From: Pseudomonadota bacterium | Lineage (GTDB): Bacteria; Pseudomonadota; Gammaproteobacteria; Burkholderiales; Sulfuricellaceae | Reading direction: 5' to 3' | Assembly (NCBI GenBank): GCA_021801705.1 | Contig: JAJYXP010000001.1 | Span: forward strand, 9,581-33,580 | Length of the DNA stretch: 24,000 nucleotides | Shown: in pieces, positions 1 through 8,096 of the stretch | How positions within the stretch are numbered: the stretch's first letter is position 1 | Layout: each line of letters opens with the position of its first letter | The notes under the pieces: model-generated | Databases searched by the model: none | What the model saw: only the letters and a program-made list of their open reading frames with translations | What the model was told of the DNA's origin: nothing | Translations under genes and position numbers: made by a program

Positions 1-963
1 GCACATTTTATCGCTCGGCCGGCGCAGCCGGAATTTTGCATCCGCGCCGCGGCCGGCGCTGCCCTGCAGCATCCCCCGTTCGTGGGGATTATGGCAGGTG
101 GCGCAAAAAACCTGGCCGTTGGTCGGATCCAGCGGCAACTCCACACCATATTTTTTTTCCGTCTCTTTCATGAATGCGGCGATTTCCGGTGTCGGTTTGG
201 TCAAATGATTCGGGCCCGTCGAACTAATTCCCGGAGGATGCGGAATCCAGGGGTGGCAACCGGTACATAGCTGGGTCAGATCGTCGGTAACGTTGAAGCT
301 GGCGTCGGCGATGCTTTTTACCTGGAACCGGTTCGGGCTGTCGCGGTGGCACGGCAGACAGGCCTTCTTGTTCAGCGTGCCTTCGTCGGTGATCTGGTCA
401 TGCGGATTGAGCCGCTCGTACTGGCTCGGATCATGGCAGTTAAAGCAGAGATCGGTGCGGTACTGAAAGGGTCCGCCGCGAAAGAACATCGGGTTGAGCT
501 TCCGTTCGGCAAAGCGCTCCTTCTGGCATTGCATGGGCAGGTCATGGCAGGCGATGCAGGTGATAACCCCGCCGCCGCGTTTTAACGCTTGGGCGAACGC
601 TTCCGGCATACGGTTTTTCTTTTCCGCAGACGGTTTCATGTCCACCGCATGGATATGGTTCTTAGCCGAATCGGGAACATGGCAGTTGAAGCAAAGCCGG
701 TTGATATTCTTGCCGCGCAACGCCGTATTTTGTGCAGTAGGCCTGCCCTTGTGACAAGCTTGGCAAGCATCCTCTCTCCAGTGGGGATCGGGGATGCGCT
801 CCGGGGTGGTTTTACCGGTGGCGAGCAGATTGGGTATTTCCTCGATCTGCTCGAACAGCCGCTCGTCCCTCGCGACGGCTTTCTTTGTTGGCGGCTCCGC
901 TGCCCACAGCATGGTAAAAGACAGCAGCATGGCTACGCCAACCCACAGCCATTTTAACGCCAT
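1..963 (-). CDS. Secreted multihaem c-type cytochrome (at least 7 haems). The C-terminus lies beyond the window start, and the ORF is absent from the supplied track.
   Basis: Manual minus-strand translation gives ATG at 963-961. Plus-strand frame-1 triplets 1-963 contain no TTA/CTA/TCA, so there is no minus-strand stop. The N-terminus MALKWLWVGVAMLLSFTMLWAAEPP is signal-peptide-like. There are seven CxxCH motifs (CQACH, CFNCH, CIACH, CFNCH, CLPCH, CTGCH, CATCH). The start overlaps the upstream gene's stop by 10 nt (ATGGCGTTAA). Confidence 0.85.
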   Translation of the reverse strand, partial: MALKWLWVGVAMLLSFTMLWAAEPPTKKAVARDERLFEQIEEIPNLLATGKTTPERIPDPHWREDACQACHKGRPTAQNTALRGKNINRLCFNCHVPDSAKNHIHAVDMKPSAEKKNRMPEAFAQALKRGGGVITCIACHDLPMQCQKERFAERKLNPMFFRGGPFQYRTDLCFNCHDPSQYERLNPHDQITDEGTLNKKACLPCHRDSPNRFQVKSIADASFNVTDDLTQLCTGCHPWIPHPPGISSTGPNHLTKPTPEIAAFMKETEKKYGVELPLDPTNGQVFCATCHNPHERGMLQGSAGRGADAKFRLRRPSDKMC

Positions 964-2090
964 GCGCTAACCCCGCCTTCCTGTGTTGCCACAAACAGGG
1001 TGTTATCCGCAAGCATGGGGGCGCCGAATACGGCCGAGCCGATATTTTTTTCCCATACTATTTTGCGTGTATCCAGATCCATGGCGTACAGTCGTCCGCT
1101 CATAGTCCCGATCACTCCTATGCGGTTGGCGCCAACCGTGAAACCGTGACGCAACTCGCTGCCTAGCGATGTTTGCCAGACTACAGCGCCGTCTGCCGCC
1201 TTTAGCCCATACAGCGTTCCATTGTGGCTGCCTATATACAGTATTCCGTCCATCAACAACGGCGTCCCTTGCGGCCAATCCTCCAGTTCCGTCCGCCAGA
1301 CGATGGCCCCGGTGCTTGCGTCGAGCGCATATACGCGGCGGTCATAGGCGCCGAGATAGATCGTGTCTCCAGCCACCAATGGCGCATCATATATGGCAGA
1401 CCCGAGTTCCGTTCGCCAGGCGGGTTTTCCGCTGTGCCGCCAAATTGCGTGGAACACACCATTCTTTGCGCCGATATAGACCCGTTCCTTGTCCAAGCCT
1501 GGCGAGGCATATAATCCGCCGTAGCGGTAATCTTCCGCGTAATAGCGCCAGAGTATCTTGCCGTTGGCAAAATCCAGCGCATACAAAAACAGGTCGTTGC
1601 TGCCCAAATACAGCGTGTCGTCGTCCACCACCGGGGAAGAAAGTATTTTTCCGCCCGTTCTGATCTGCCATTTCTGCTTGCCGGTTTTGGTGTTTAACGC
1701 AGTGACTGTTCCATCTTTGGACGCTACCGCAATGGTCTCCCCTGCTATCACCGGGGTGGCTGAGATGGCGCTGCCAGCGGCATAATTCCATAACACCCGC
1801 CCCCTTTCCTTGTCCAACGCCCACAAGCGCTGATCGTGCCCGGCCACATAGACCGCTTTGCCGCTGGCAACAGGAGAGCCATAGACTCCCCCGCCCAGCT
1901 TGATTTCCCATAGCTTGACGGGGTTTGCCGGGACGGAATGGGTGCTGTGAAAAGTATGGCCGGCATCTCCTCCTATCATCGGCCAATCGGCTGCTCTGGC
2001 TGAGATGATGGTCAAAATCAGTGCGCCGAGGAAAAGTATTTTTAGTTTGCCATCGAAAATCGTCCAATCCACCGAACCGTCCACCTTCAT
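954..2090 (-). CDS. PQQ-like (BamB/YVTN-type) beta-propeller repeat protein, about 8 blades, secreted or N-anchored
   Basis: Lies in ORF 954..2201. About eight ~40-aa repeats end in motifs such as RLWALDKERGRVLW, TVTALNTKTGKQKW, FLYALDFANGKILW, RVYALDASTGAIVW, TLYGLKAADGAVVW and RLYAMDLDTRKIVW. The N-terminus has a hydrophobic stretch LKILFLGALILTIISARA. No CxxCH motif. The start is uncertain: TTG 2201, ATG 2168, ATG 2090, or GTG 2072 preceded by AAGGTGGA. Confidence 0.85.
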   Translation of the reverse strand: MKVDGSVDWTIFDGKLKILFLGALILTIISARAADWPMIGGDAGHTFHSTHSVPANPVKLWEIKLGGGVYGSPVASGKAVYVAGHDQRLWALDKERGRVLWNYAAGSAISATPVIAGETIAVASKDGTVTALNTKTGKQKWQIRTGGKILSSPVVDDDTLYLGSNDLFLYALDFANGKILWRYYAEDYRYGGLYASPGLDKERVYIGAKNGVFHAIWRHSGKPAWRTELGSAIYDAPLVAGDTIYLGAYDRRVYALDASTGAIVWRTELEDWPQGTPLLMDGILYIGSHNGTLYGLKAADGAVVWQTSLGSELRHGFTVGANRIGVIGTMSGRLYAMDLDTRKIVWEKNIGSAVFGAPMLADNTLFVATQEGGVSAWR

Positions 2091-2317
2091 CAGAAAGCGC
2101 CTGCCCGAAACATGCAGTTCCTGTGTTTCGTCTCCGGACGATTTCTGAGGTTGGATACGCCCCGGCATCTTTTTCACTCTCGATAATTCAATGATATACA
2201 AATTATATCAAGGGAATACGATATTGCCATTTGTTATGCCGGGCTTTCATGTGCCCCGTGAAGAACGATACCGATCGCGGTTAAGAAGCCGCAATATTTC
2301 GGCTAGCGCCTGCGGGG

Positions 2318-2351
2318 GAACAAAGGGGGAAACGGTGCGCCCCCTTTGTTC
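2318..2351 (-). terminator. Perfect 12-bp stem / 10-nt loop hairpin immediately after the module-B trihaem gene stop. Possible terminator or mRNA-stabilising stem; it lacks a U-tract.
   Basis: GAACAAAGGGGG (2318-2329), loop aaacggtgcg, CCCCCTTTGTTC (2340-2351). It lies 4 nt downstream of the stop at 2355-2357 on the minus strand. The following sequence is C/G-rich, not T-rich. Confidence 0.4.
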
Positions 2352-2354
2352 GTG

Positions 2355-3260
2355 CTACCTCGGCACCGGAGTCTGGGTCTGCTCCCCGTGCAGTTCGAAA
2401 AACCTGGGCAGGTAGAATTCGCGGTACTTGTTGATCATGCCCACGACCGCGGTATTCTCCAGCCGATCGATCCGGCGCGGAGGATAACCCAGCTCGGCAA
2501 ATGGCAGGTAGGATTTCTCCATGTTATGGCAGTCCTCGCACAGCAACGGCTTTTCGCTTACCTTGTTGTGCATCACCCTCTTCATCCTTGCCTGCTCGGT
2601 AGAATCCATAGCATCTTTTGTTTTCAAGTATTTCGCCAAAAACAACCTTTCCTCGTCACCGTTGATAAAGCGGAAAGTACCGTTATCAGCCTGGGTTCCC
2701 GGGGCGATCTTGGTTCCGTAGTTACCGTATTTCTCCAGATCAGGGGAAACAAGCGCCGGCGGGTTGGCCACCACCTGGCCGGTTTTCTTGTCGTACCAAC
2801 GGAAAGTCCAGGGCGCCTGATCCGGCTTTGCCATGGTATTGATGTGGCAGGTCTCGCAGGCGATATAAAACGCATGCATGTTTAAAAATGCGCGTATGGT
2901 TTTGGCCTTGTTATGGGGCACCGCTCCATGGCACTTTATGCACACATTCGTTTCGTCCGTCTCCACCGTCATGCCGATGTGGTGAAAATGGCCTTTCACG
3001 TATTGCTCCTTTAAGACGACGTAACCCAGGTCGGTGGTTTCCGTCGCTTTCTGTTCCGCCCTGATCTTATGCAACGCTTTTTCTTCTGCGGTTAAAGCTC
3101 CGGGCATTCTCAGGTCGGCGCCGGCGGACGGTTGCGCCGCTTCTTCATGCCCGCCATGGCTAAATATGAGGGGATAGATGAAATAACCGAACCAAATGGC
3201 ATAGGCCATCAGCGCGATTACGTAGAGTTTGCCTATCAGTTGCTTCAAACGACCCAACAT
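2355..3260 (-). CDS. N-terminally membrane-anchored trihaem c-type cytochrome (module B, subunit 3)
   Basis: Lies in ORF 2355..3302. The preferred start is ATG 3260, with GGAG 7 nt upstream (ATG 3302 would overlap the upstream gene by 23 nt). One N-terminal TM helix (LYVIALMAYAIWFGYFIYPLIF). Three CxxCH motifs (CIKCH, CETCH, CEDCH). Paralogous to 5430..6236. Confidence 0.85.
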   Translation of the reverse strand: MLGRLKQLIGKLYVIALMAYAIWFGYFIYPLIFSHGGHEEAAQPSAGADLRMPGALTAEEKALHKIRAEQKATETTDLGYVVLKEQYVKGHFHHIGMTVETDETNVCIKCHGAVPHNKAKTIRAFLNMHAFYIACETCHINTMAKPDQAPWTFRWYDKKTGQVVANPPALVSPDLEKYGNYGTKIAPGTQADNGTFRFINGDEERLFLAKYLKTKDAMDSTEQARMKRVMHNKVSEKPLLCEDCHNMEKSYLPFAELGYPPRRIDRLENTAVVGMINKYREFYLPRFFELHGEQTQTPVPR

Positions 3261-3279
3261 GTCTATTCTCCGGCCTTTA

Positions 3280-4077
3280 TTAGTGCTGAGGTTTGATTTC
3301 ATCCTGGAGGCCCTGTTCCGTCATGACCTTCACATATTCGGCGTAATGCTCGTGAATCATGTCATCTTCCGAGAGATACCCGGTGATGAATACCGTGCCC
3401 AGGGGGAATTTCTCGGGCGCGTAGTGCACGTTGTACCAATGGACGAAGAAGATGAACAGGGCCGCCAGCAAGGCCTCGTCGGTATGCATGATGTAGAGGG
3501 CGTTCAACACGATGCCGGGGAGGAAGTGGGTGAACTCATCCCGCCACCAAAGAATAAAGCCGGCCGGACCCAGAACGGGAATACCCCAGTAGGGCGCATA
3601 GTAGTCGAACTTCTCCTTCCAGGACATGCGGTCATAGCGCGGCGGCCGGTTGGTGAAGTAAAGAAGATACCTGAACATGTCGATCAGGTCGTAGAAATCC
3701 TTCTTGTTCGGAATCATCGGCTGGTTTAGAAATTCTCTGCCGACATTGCCCAAAGTAAGATCCCCTGCCCTTTTCAGGGGCAACACCCGTCTGGTGTAGA
3801 ACAGGTAAATCCAGTAAATGGTATGGTAGACGAACAAGCCCAGCAGGATGGAGCCGGCGATGTGGTGAAGCACCGGTGCAACGTTAATCCCTCCCATAAA
3901 GTTGATGAGAGGCTCCGCCCACGCCTTATCGTGGTATTTCAAGGGGAATCCGGTTAGAGACAGCGTGATCACGGTGGTGAACACCACGACGTGCTGCAGC
4001 CGCTGATGCAATGAGAACCGGAAGAAGTACCTCTTCCCGTTCCTTTCGCATATCTTTTTATATTTCGGCATAGACAT
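3280..4077 (-). CDS. Four-TM b-type cytochrome, HydC/FdnI-like (Ni/Fe-hydrogenase / formate dehydrogenase gamma type), putative dihaem (module B, subunit 2)
   Basis: 265 aa. TM1 RLQHVVVFTTVITLSLTGF, TM2 VLHHIAGSILLGLFVYHTIYWI, TM3 YYAPYWGIPVLGPAGFILWW, TM4 IMHTDEALLAALFIFFVHWYNVHY. The His residues are conserved with paralog 6229..6951. GAGGG Shine-Dalgarno sequence upstream of ATG 4077. Confidence 0.85.
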   Translation of the reverse strand: MSMPKYKKICERNGKRYFFRFSLHQRLQHVVVFTTVITLSLTGFPLKYHDKAWAEPLINFMGGINVAPVLHHIAGSILLGLFVYHTIYWIYLFYTRRVLPLKRAGDLTLGNVGREFLNQPMIPNKKDFYDLIDMFRYLLYFTNRPPRYDRMSWKEKFDYYAPYWGIPVLGPAGFILWWRDEFTHFLPGIVLNALYIMHTDEALLAALFIFFVHWYNVHYAPEKFPLGTVFITGYLSEDDMIHEHYAEYVKVMTEQGLQDEIKPQH

Positions 4078-4112
4078 ACAGTTACCCTCAATCAGTGCGC
4101 GTTTTCAACTTG

Positions 4113-5183
4113 TTATCTGGAGGAATGATGATCATCGCCCGTCGGTTTCACGAAGGAGTAATGGGGAAAGAGCCTCCTTAACAACTCCAGGAAGATAAGC
4201 GTCAGGAAGAAATACAACACGCCTGCCGTCAGCCAGGTAAAAAATACCAACATGTAATGCTGCAAGGGATACTTGTCTTTGTCATAGGTAACGTGAACCT
4301 GATAACCGGCCAGCTTTTCACCCGCTTTTTCATGGCATTCGGAGGTGCGGCAGGTGGTCGGAACATTCTTCTTGTTGCTGGCCGATGTCGGGGATTTCTT
4401 GCTTTCGATGAAGTGCACGCCCTCTCCCTTGACAACGTGGCAATCGGTGCAATCCGGCGTTTCCTGCGAGCCAAACAGCAGCGCCTTGTAATGGTAGGTT
4501 TCCTTATAGGAGGTAACCACGTCGTCCAGCTTGTGCCGCTGCTGGAACTCTTTATCGCCGTGGCACTTGGCGCAGATTCCCACGATTTCCTTCGGATCGC
4601 GCATCTTGCGCAGCCGCGAGGTCACGTGCTTGTAAAAGGATTCGGCGAAATCGCCCGTGCGGTGGCAGGTCTGGCAGCGGGCCAACCCACGCTCCGACAC
4701 GCCACTGCTTTTGCCCTTGAAAAAAGACAGGGGGCGGTACAGCGGTTCTTCGTGACAGTCCTTGCAACCGGGGTAGTCTTGCTGGTCTTTTTTGGGCTTT
4801 CCGTCCGCGTCCAGCTTGCCGTGAACGCTCTTGGCCAGCAGATCAGATACTGGTTTGTGTGAAAAATTTTTCTGGCCTGAGGGCTCGATTAAATGGCACT
4901 CGGTGGTGCACTCGACCTTCTTGGCGGGATCATGGGGGATTTTCTTGATATCCTGATGGCAGTCCGCACACTTTATCCTGACGTGAGGGCCTTCCTTGAA
5001 AATAGCCTCGTTGATGTAAAACAGCCGGAATTTACCGTTTTCATCTATGCGGCTCAGGCCTCGATACTTGTGGCAGAGAAGGCAGTCCAATTCATCCTCG
5101 GCATTAACGGCTCCTGCTATGCCGCAGAGCAACAAAGCTGCAAGGAGCGTAACGACGCGCGTTTTGAAGAATGACTTACCCAT
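4113..5183 (-). CDS. Multihaem c-type cytochrome with signal peptide and C-terminal TM anchor; 6 CxxCH + CX3CH + CX4CH (module B, subunit 1)
   Basis: 356 aa. Signal peptide MGKSFFKTRVVTLLAALLLCGIAGAVNA. Motifs in order: CLLCH, CADCH, CTTECH, CKDCH, CQTCH, CAKCH, CTDCH, CRTSECH. C-terminal helix YMLVFFTWLTAGVLYFFLTLIFLELL. Confidence 0.9.
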   Translation of the reverse strand: MGKSFFKTRVVTLLAALLLCGIAGAVNAEDELDCLLCHKYRGLSRIDENGKFRLFYINEAIFKEGPHVRIKCADCHQDIKKIPHDPAKKVECTTECHLIEPSGQKNFSHKPVSDLLAKSVHGKLDADGKPKKDQQDYPGCKDCHEEPLYRPLSFFKGKSSGVSERGLARCQTCHRTGDFAESFYKHVTSRLRKMRDPKEIVGICAKCHGDKEFQQRHKLDDVVTSYKETYHYKALLFGSQETPDCTDCHVVKGEGVHFIESKKSPTSASNKKNVPTTCRTSECHEKAGEKLAGYQVHVTYDKDKYPLQHYMLVFFTWLTAGVLYFFLTLIFLELLRRLFPHYSFVKPTGDDHHSSR

Positions 5184-5429
5184 TGGCCAGCCCTTTTCTT
5201 ATTTTGTCAAACTCTTGCCAAGCCACTTCCGCATAGCAGCGCAGTGCTTAAAGTTAATCCCGGCAAACCAAGCAGCTTTGTACCCACCTCCAGGGGGGGA
5301 ATTCGGGTTTATTCGACGCCGCCCCGCCCTTTATCAGAACATAGTAAGATAAGAATATCTTCATATCCTAAACATTGCAATACGTTCACACCGGTTTTTT
5401 ATGCGTCTATAAATATATTTTTGGCCGCC

Positions 5430-6236
5430 TTATTGGTGGCTGCGTGCGTCATGGAGCGTGGGCAGATAAAATTCCTTATACTGTTTTATTATGGTTGCCC
5501 CATCGCCGAATTCCAGGCGCTGCGCCCTTTCCGGCGAATACAAGAGCCGGGTGAAATCAAGCATTCCGTTTTCCTTGTGACATTGGCCACAAAAAACGGG
5601 TTTCGCTGACAAATCCTTATGAATCTCCGTGTTAAGGCGGTCCTTCAGTTTCCGTAAATCTCCATTGCCCTCGTTTTTTCCGGTATCGTCGGGAAGCAGG
5701 TTGGCGGCCACGGCTTCGTCGAGAAGCGGGCCTGCGGATGCGTTTTCGTCAAGTCGTTTGGCAACCCCTTTTTCGGCCCTGAATGGAACGATAGTGCCGC
5801 CATAATCCCCCGGTTTGCCCTTCAGCTCCGTCAATGTAAGATTTGAGCCGCGCTGCAGCCATTTGTACTCGAACCGTTCACCTTCTTTAGGCACGATGTG
5901 GCAAACCTCGCAAGCCATGAAGAACGAATGGGCATTGAGAATTCCCCGCACCTCTTTGGACTTTGAGTGCGAATAATCCTTATGGCACTTCAGGCACCAC
6001 GACTGTGACTTGCCCCCCTCGAGTACGGATTCGCCGGCGCCGTGAAAGGGCTCATAAACCATCTCCCGACGAGGGACGGCGCGTTTCGCCAGCGCCTCTT
6101 CACTTTGGGATGCGTCCCTGAAGTATGTAAGCCACAGCAACCAGGCGGAAAAAGCTGCCAGCAGGATAAAAATGATCGCCATCGTAAGATGGACGAAAAA
6201 TTTCTTCGGAGCGCCGGCAATGCCACCCTTATGCAT
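5430..6236 (-). CDS. N-terminally membrane-anchored trihaem c-type cytochrome (module A, subunit 3)
   Basis: Lies in ORF 5430..6299. The preferred start is ATG 6236, with GGAGG 9 nt upstream and an 8-nt overlap with the upstream stop. TM helix VHLTMAIIFILLAAFSAWLLWLTYF. Three CxxCH motifs (CLKCH, CEVCH, CGQCH). The shared C-terminal motif KQYKEFYLP matches NKYREFYLP in the paralog. Confidence 0.85.
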   Translation of the reverse strand: MHKGGIAGAPKKFFVHLTMAIIFILLAAFSAWLLWLTYFRDASQSEEALAKRAVPRREMVYEPFHGAGESVLEGGKSQSWCLKCHKDYSHSKSKEVRGILNAHSFFMACEVCHIVPKEGERFEYKWLQRGSNLTLTELKGKPGDYGGTIVPFRAEKGVAKRLDENASAGPLLDEAVAANLLPDDTGKNEGNGDLRKLKDRLNTEIHKDLSAKPVFCGQCHKENGMLDFTRLLYSPERAQRLEFGDGATIIKQYKEFYLPTLHDARSHQ

Positions 6237-6951
6237 TGCCACGCCCTCCCACTGCGCCGTTCGCGGGTTTTGACGCTTCTTCCGCAATGATTCTTTCATA
6301 CCAGAGCGAATGTTCTTCCTTCATCAGCGTCTCGGAGATCTTGCCGTCGATAAAAGCCCTGTTCATCGGATAAACGTGCGGATTGTAATGAACTGCGAAA
6401 ATATGCCCCACAATAATTGCAAGCGCGGCGAGAGTCGCCTCTCCCAAATGGAGCGCATCTGCCACATCGAGATAGAATTTGGGCCAGTATGATTGCGTCC
6501 ACATCATGGCGCCGGTACTGATCACGATGAACATGCCGAAGTAGACGGAGAAGTATTCCAGCTTCTCAAGATAGGTGAAACGGTCCAGCCTGGGCCGTTC
6601 CTTCCGCAGACCCAACATATACATGACATTCTGATAGGCATCCACAAGGTCCCTCGGTTTCGGCAGCATGTCGCGGAACCAGCTTTTGCCATCAGCCTTG
6701 AACATGACATAGTAGAGGTGATAAAAGCACACGGCGGTGACGGCCGCTGCAGCAATGCGGTGAACGATTCCGCGCCAGTAGAAGATGGTCTTTCCGGCCG
6801 CGCCAAGCAAATCTACAGCCGACCTTTCACCCATCAACATAAAGCCGGTGATGATCAGCAAAGTAGTTGAAACGAACATGATGGCATGCTGGACTCTTTC
6901 GCTCCTCGTAAGCCTGACGAAGGCTTTTTCGCTCTTTCCGTGACGGCTCAT
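6229..6951 (-). CDS. Four-TM b-type cytochrome, HydC/FdnI-like, putative dihaem (module A, subunit 2)
   Basis: 240 aa. TM1 RVQHAIMFVSTTLLIITGF, TM2 GIVHRIAAAAVTAVCFYHLYYV, TM3 YFSVYFGMFIVISTGAMMW, TM4 LHLGEATLAALAIIVGHIFAVHY. ATGA start/stop overlap with the upstream cytochrome at 6948-6951. Confidence 0.85.
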   Translation of the reverse strand: MSRHGKSEKAFVRLTRSERVQHAIMFVSTTLLIITGFMLMGERSAVDLLGAAGKTIFYWRGIVHRIAAAAVTAVCFYHLYYVMFKADGKSWFRDMLPKPRDLVDAYQNVMYMLGLRKERPRLDRFTYLEKLEYFSVYFGMFIVISTGAMMWTQSYWPKFYLDVADALHLGEATLAALAIIVGHIFAVHYNPHVYPMNRAFIDGKISETLMKEEHSLWYERIIAEEASKPANGAVGGRGNA

Positions 6952-8096
6952 CTCAGTGCCCCCTCCTTCTTGCTATCCCGGTGCGTTGCATAAAGATCCA
7001 GCAGCCTGTGACCACCGAGCCCGCCGATCACGGCAGCGATGAGAATCTGATAAAAAAGTTTTATCCAATGCAACACCTTGGCCTGGAATATTTCCCTGTT
7101 CCGCGCGGCATCCGCGCTTTCTTCAGACTCCTCCATCAGATGCGCCACCTTGACCGGGGATATGTGCACCTTGCTGCCCGTGGCAAACTCCTTCGTCGCA
7201 TTGACGTGGCAGCCGGACTGCGAACACGTTGCACGCTTGTTGTCCGCATTGGTCGGCGATTTTTTGTTCCGCTTGGAAGTGATTCGGTGAGGTGAAAAGC
7301 CCAGCGCATACGGTGCATGGCAATTCAGGCAGTTAGCCACTTCCACGTCCCCGTATTGAATCGCTTTGGCATGGTAAGTATCCTGAAATCCGGCTATCAC
7401 ATCCAGTTTATGCCTCGCCATGATCCCCGGGTTCGCGTGGCATTTGCTGCAAAGCTTGACCACGTCCGCCGAGGGCCTCCGAATCGAAGCGCGGTAAGTG
7501 ACATGGCGGAAAAAACGCTCTGCCCATGCCTGCTCTTCATGGCACTGATGGCAAACCTGCAGGAATGCCATCGATTTGGCCTGTCCTTGAAAACCGAGTT
7601 GGTAAGGCTTATTGGCATGGCAGTCCCTGCAGGCGGGCAAATCGTCTTTGTTTTTTGACAGCGAGCCCTCAACGCCGTGTGTGCTTTTTTTCAGGTCTTC
7701 CACAATCGCCTTGTGGGAGAAAACCTTGCCGGTGGAGGGCTCAATCACGTGACAGGATTTACCGCAATCTACTTTTTTCGCACCCGTGTGAGGAATCTTG
7801 TCCACCCCTTCATGGCAGTCCGAGCAATTCAACTTTCCATGATACGAGGCTTGGTGCAAATCCTCATTGACATAAAAGACCCTCTTCACGACCCGTTTTT
7901 TGGCGTCTATTTCATAACGCCCCAAGCCGGGGTACTTGTGACACATGAGGCACGTGTCTTGACCTTCGGATGCAAAGACTGGAGAGGGGGGCAAGGCTAT
8001 CGCCGCGGCAAGGGCAACGCCCGAAAGACAAGTCCAGAAACTCCCTTGCATGCGCGTGATAGCGGCAGGCTTGCATCCTGGTAATTGAAGCCTCAT
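6948..8096 (-). CDS. Multihaem c-type cytochrome with signal peptide and C-terminal TM anchor; 6 CxxCH + CX3CH + CX4CH (module A, subunit 1)
   Basis: Lies in ORF 6948..8144. The preferred start is ATG 8096 (GAGGA 6 nt upstream); ATG 8051 is an alternative. Signal region SGVALAAAIALPPSPVFA. Motifs in order: CLMCH, CSDCH, CGKSCH, CRDCH, CHQCH, CSKCH, CLNCH, CSQSGCH. C-terminal helix IKLFYQILIAAVIGGLGG. Confidence 0.9.
   Translation of the reverse strand: MRLQLPGCKPAAITRMQGSFWTCLSGVALAAAIALPPSPVFASEGQDTCLMCHKYPGLGRYEIDAKKRVVKRVFYVNEDLHQASYHGKLNCSDCHEGVDKIPHTGAKKVDCGKSCHVIEPSTGKVFSHKAIVEDLKKSTHGVEGSLSKNKDDLPACRDCHANKPYQLGFQGQAKSMAFLQVCHQCHEEQAWAERFFRHVTYRASIRRPSADVVKLCSKCHANPGIMARHKLDVIAGFQDTYHAKAIQYGDVEVANCLNCHAPYALGFSPHRITSKRNKKSPTNADNKRATCSQSGCHVNATKEFATGSKVHISPVKVAHLMEESEESADAARNREIFQAKVLHWIKLFYQILIAAVIGGLGGHRLLDLYATHRDSKKEGALR

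Noticed and set aside
82-957. Four plus-strand ORFs (62-122 aa) at the window start
   Set aside because: They are antisense to the uninterrupted minus-strand multihaem cytochrome ORF (seven CxxCH motifs). They have no features of their own.
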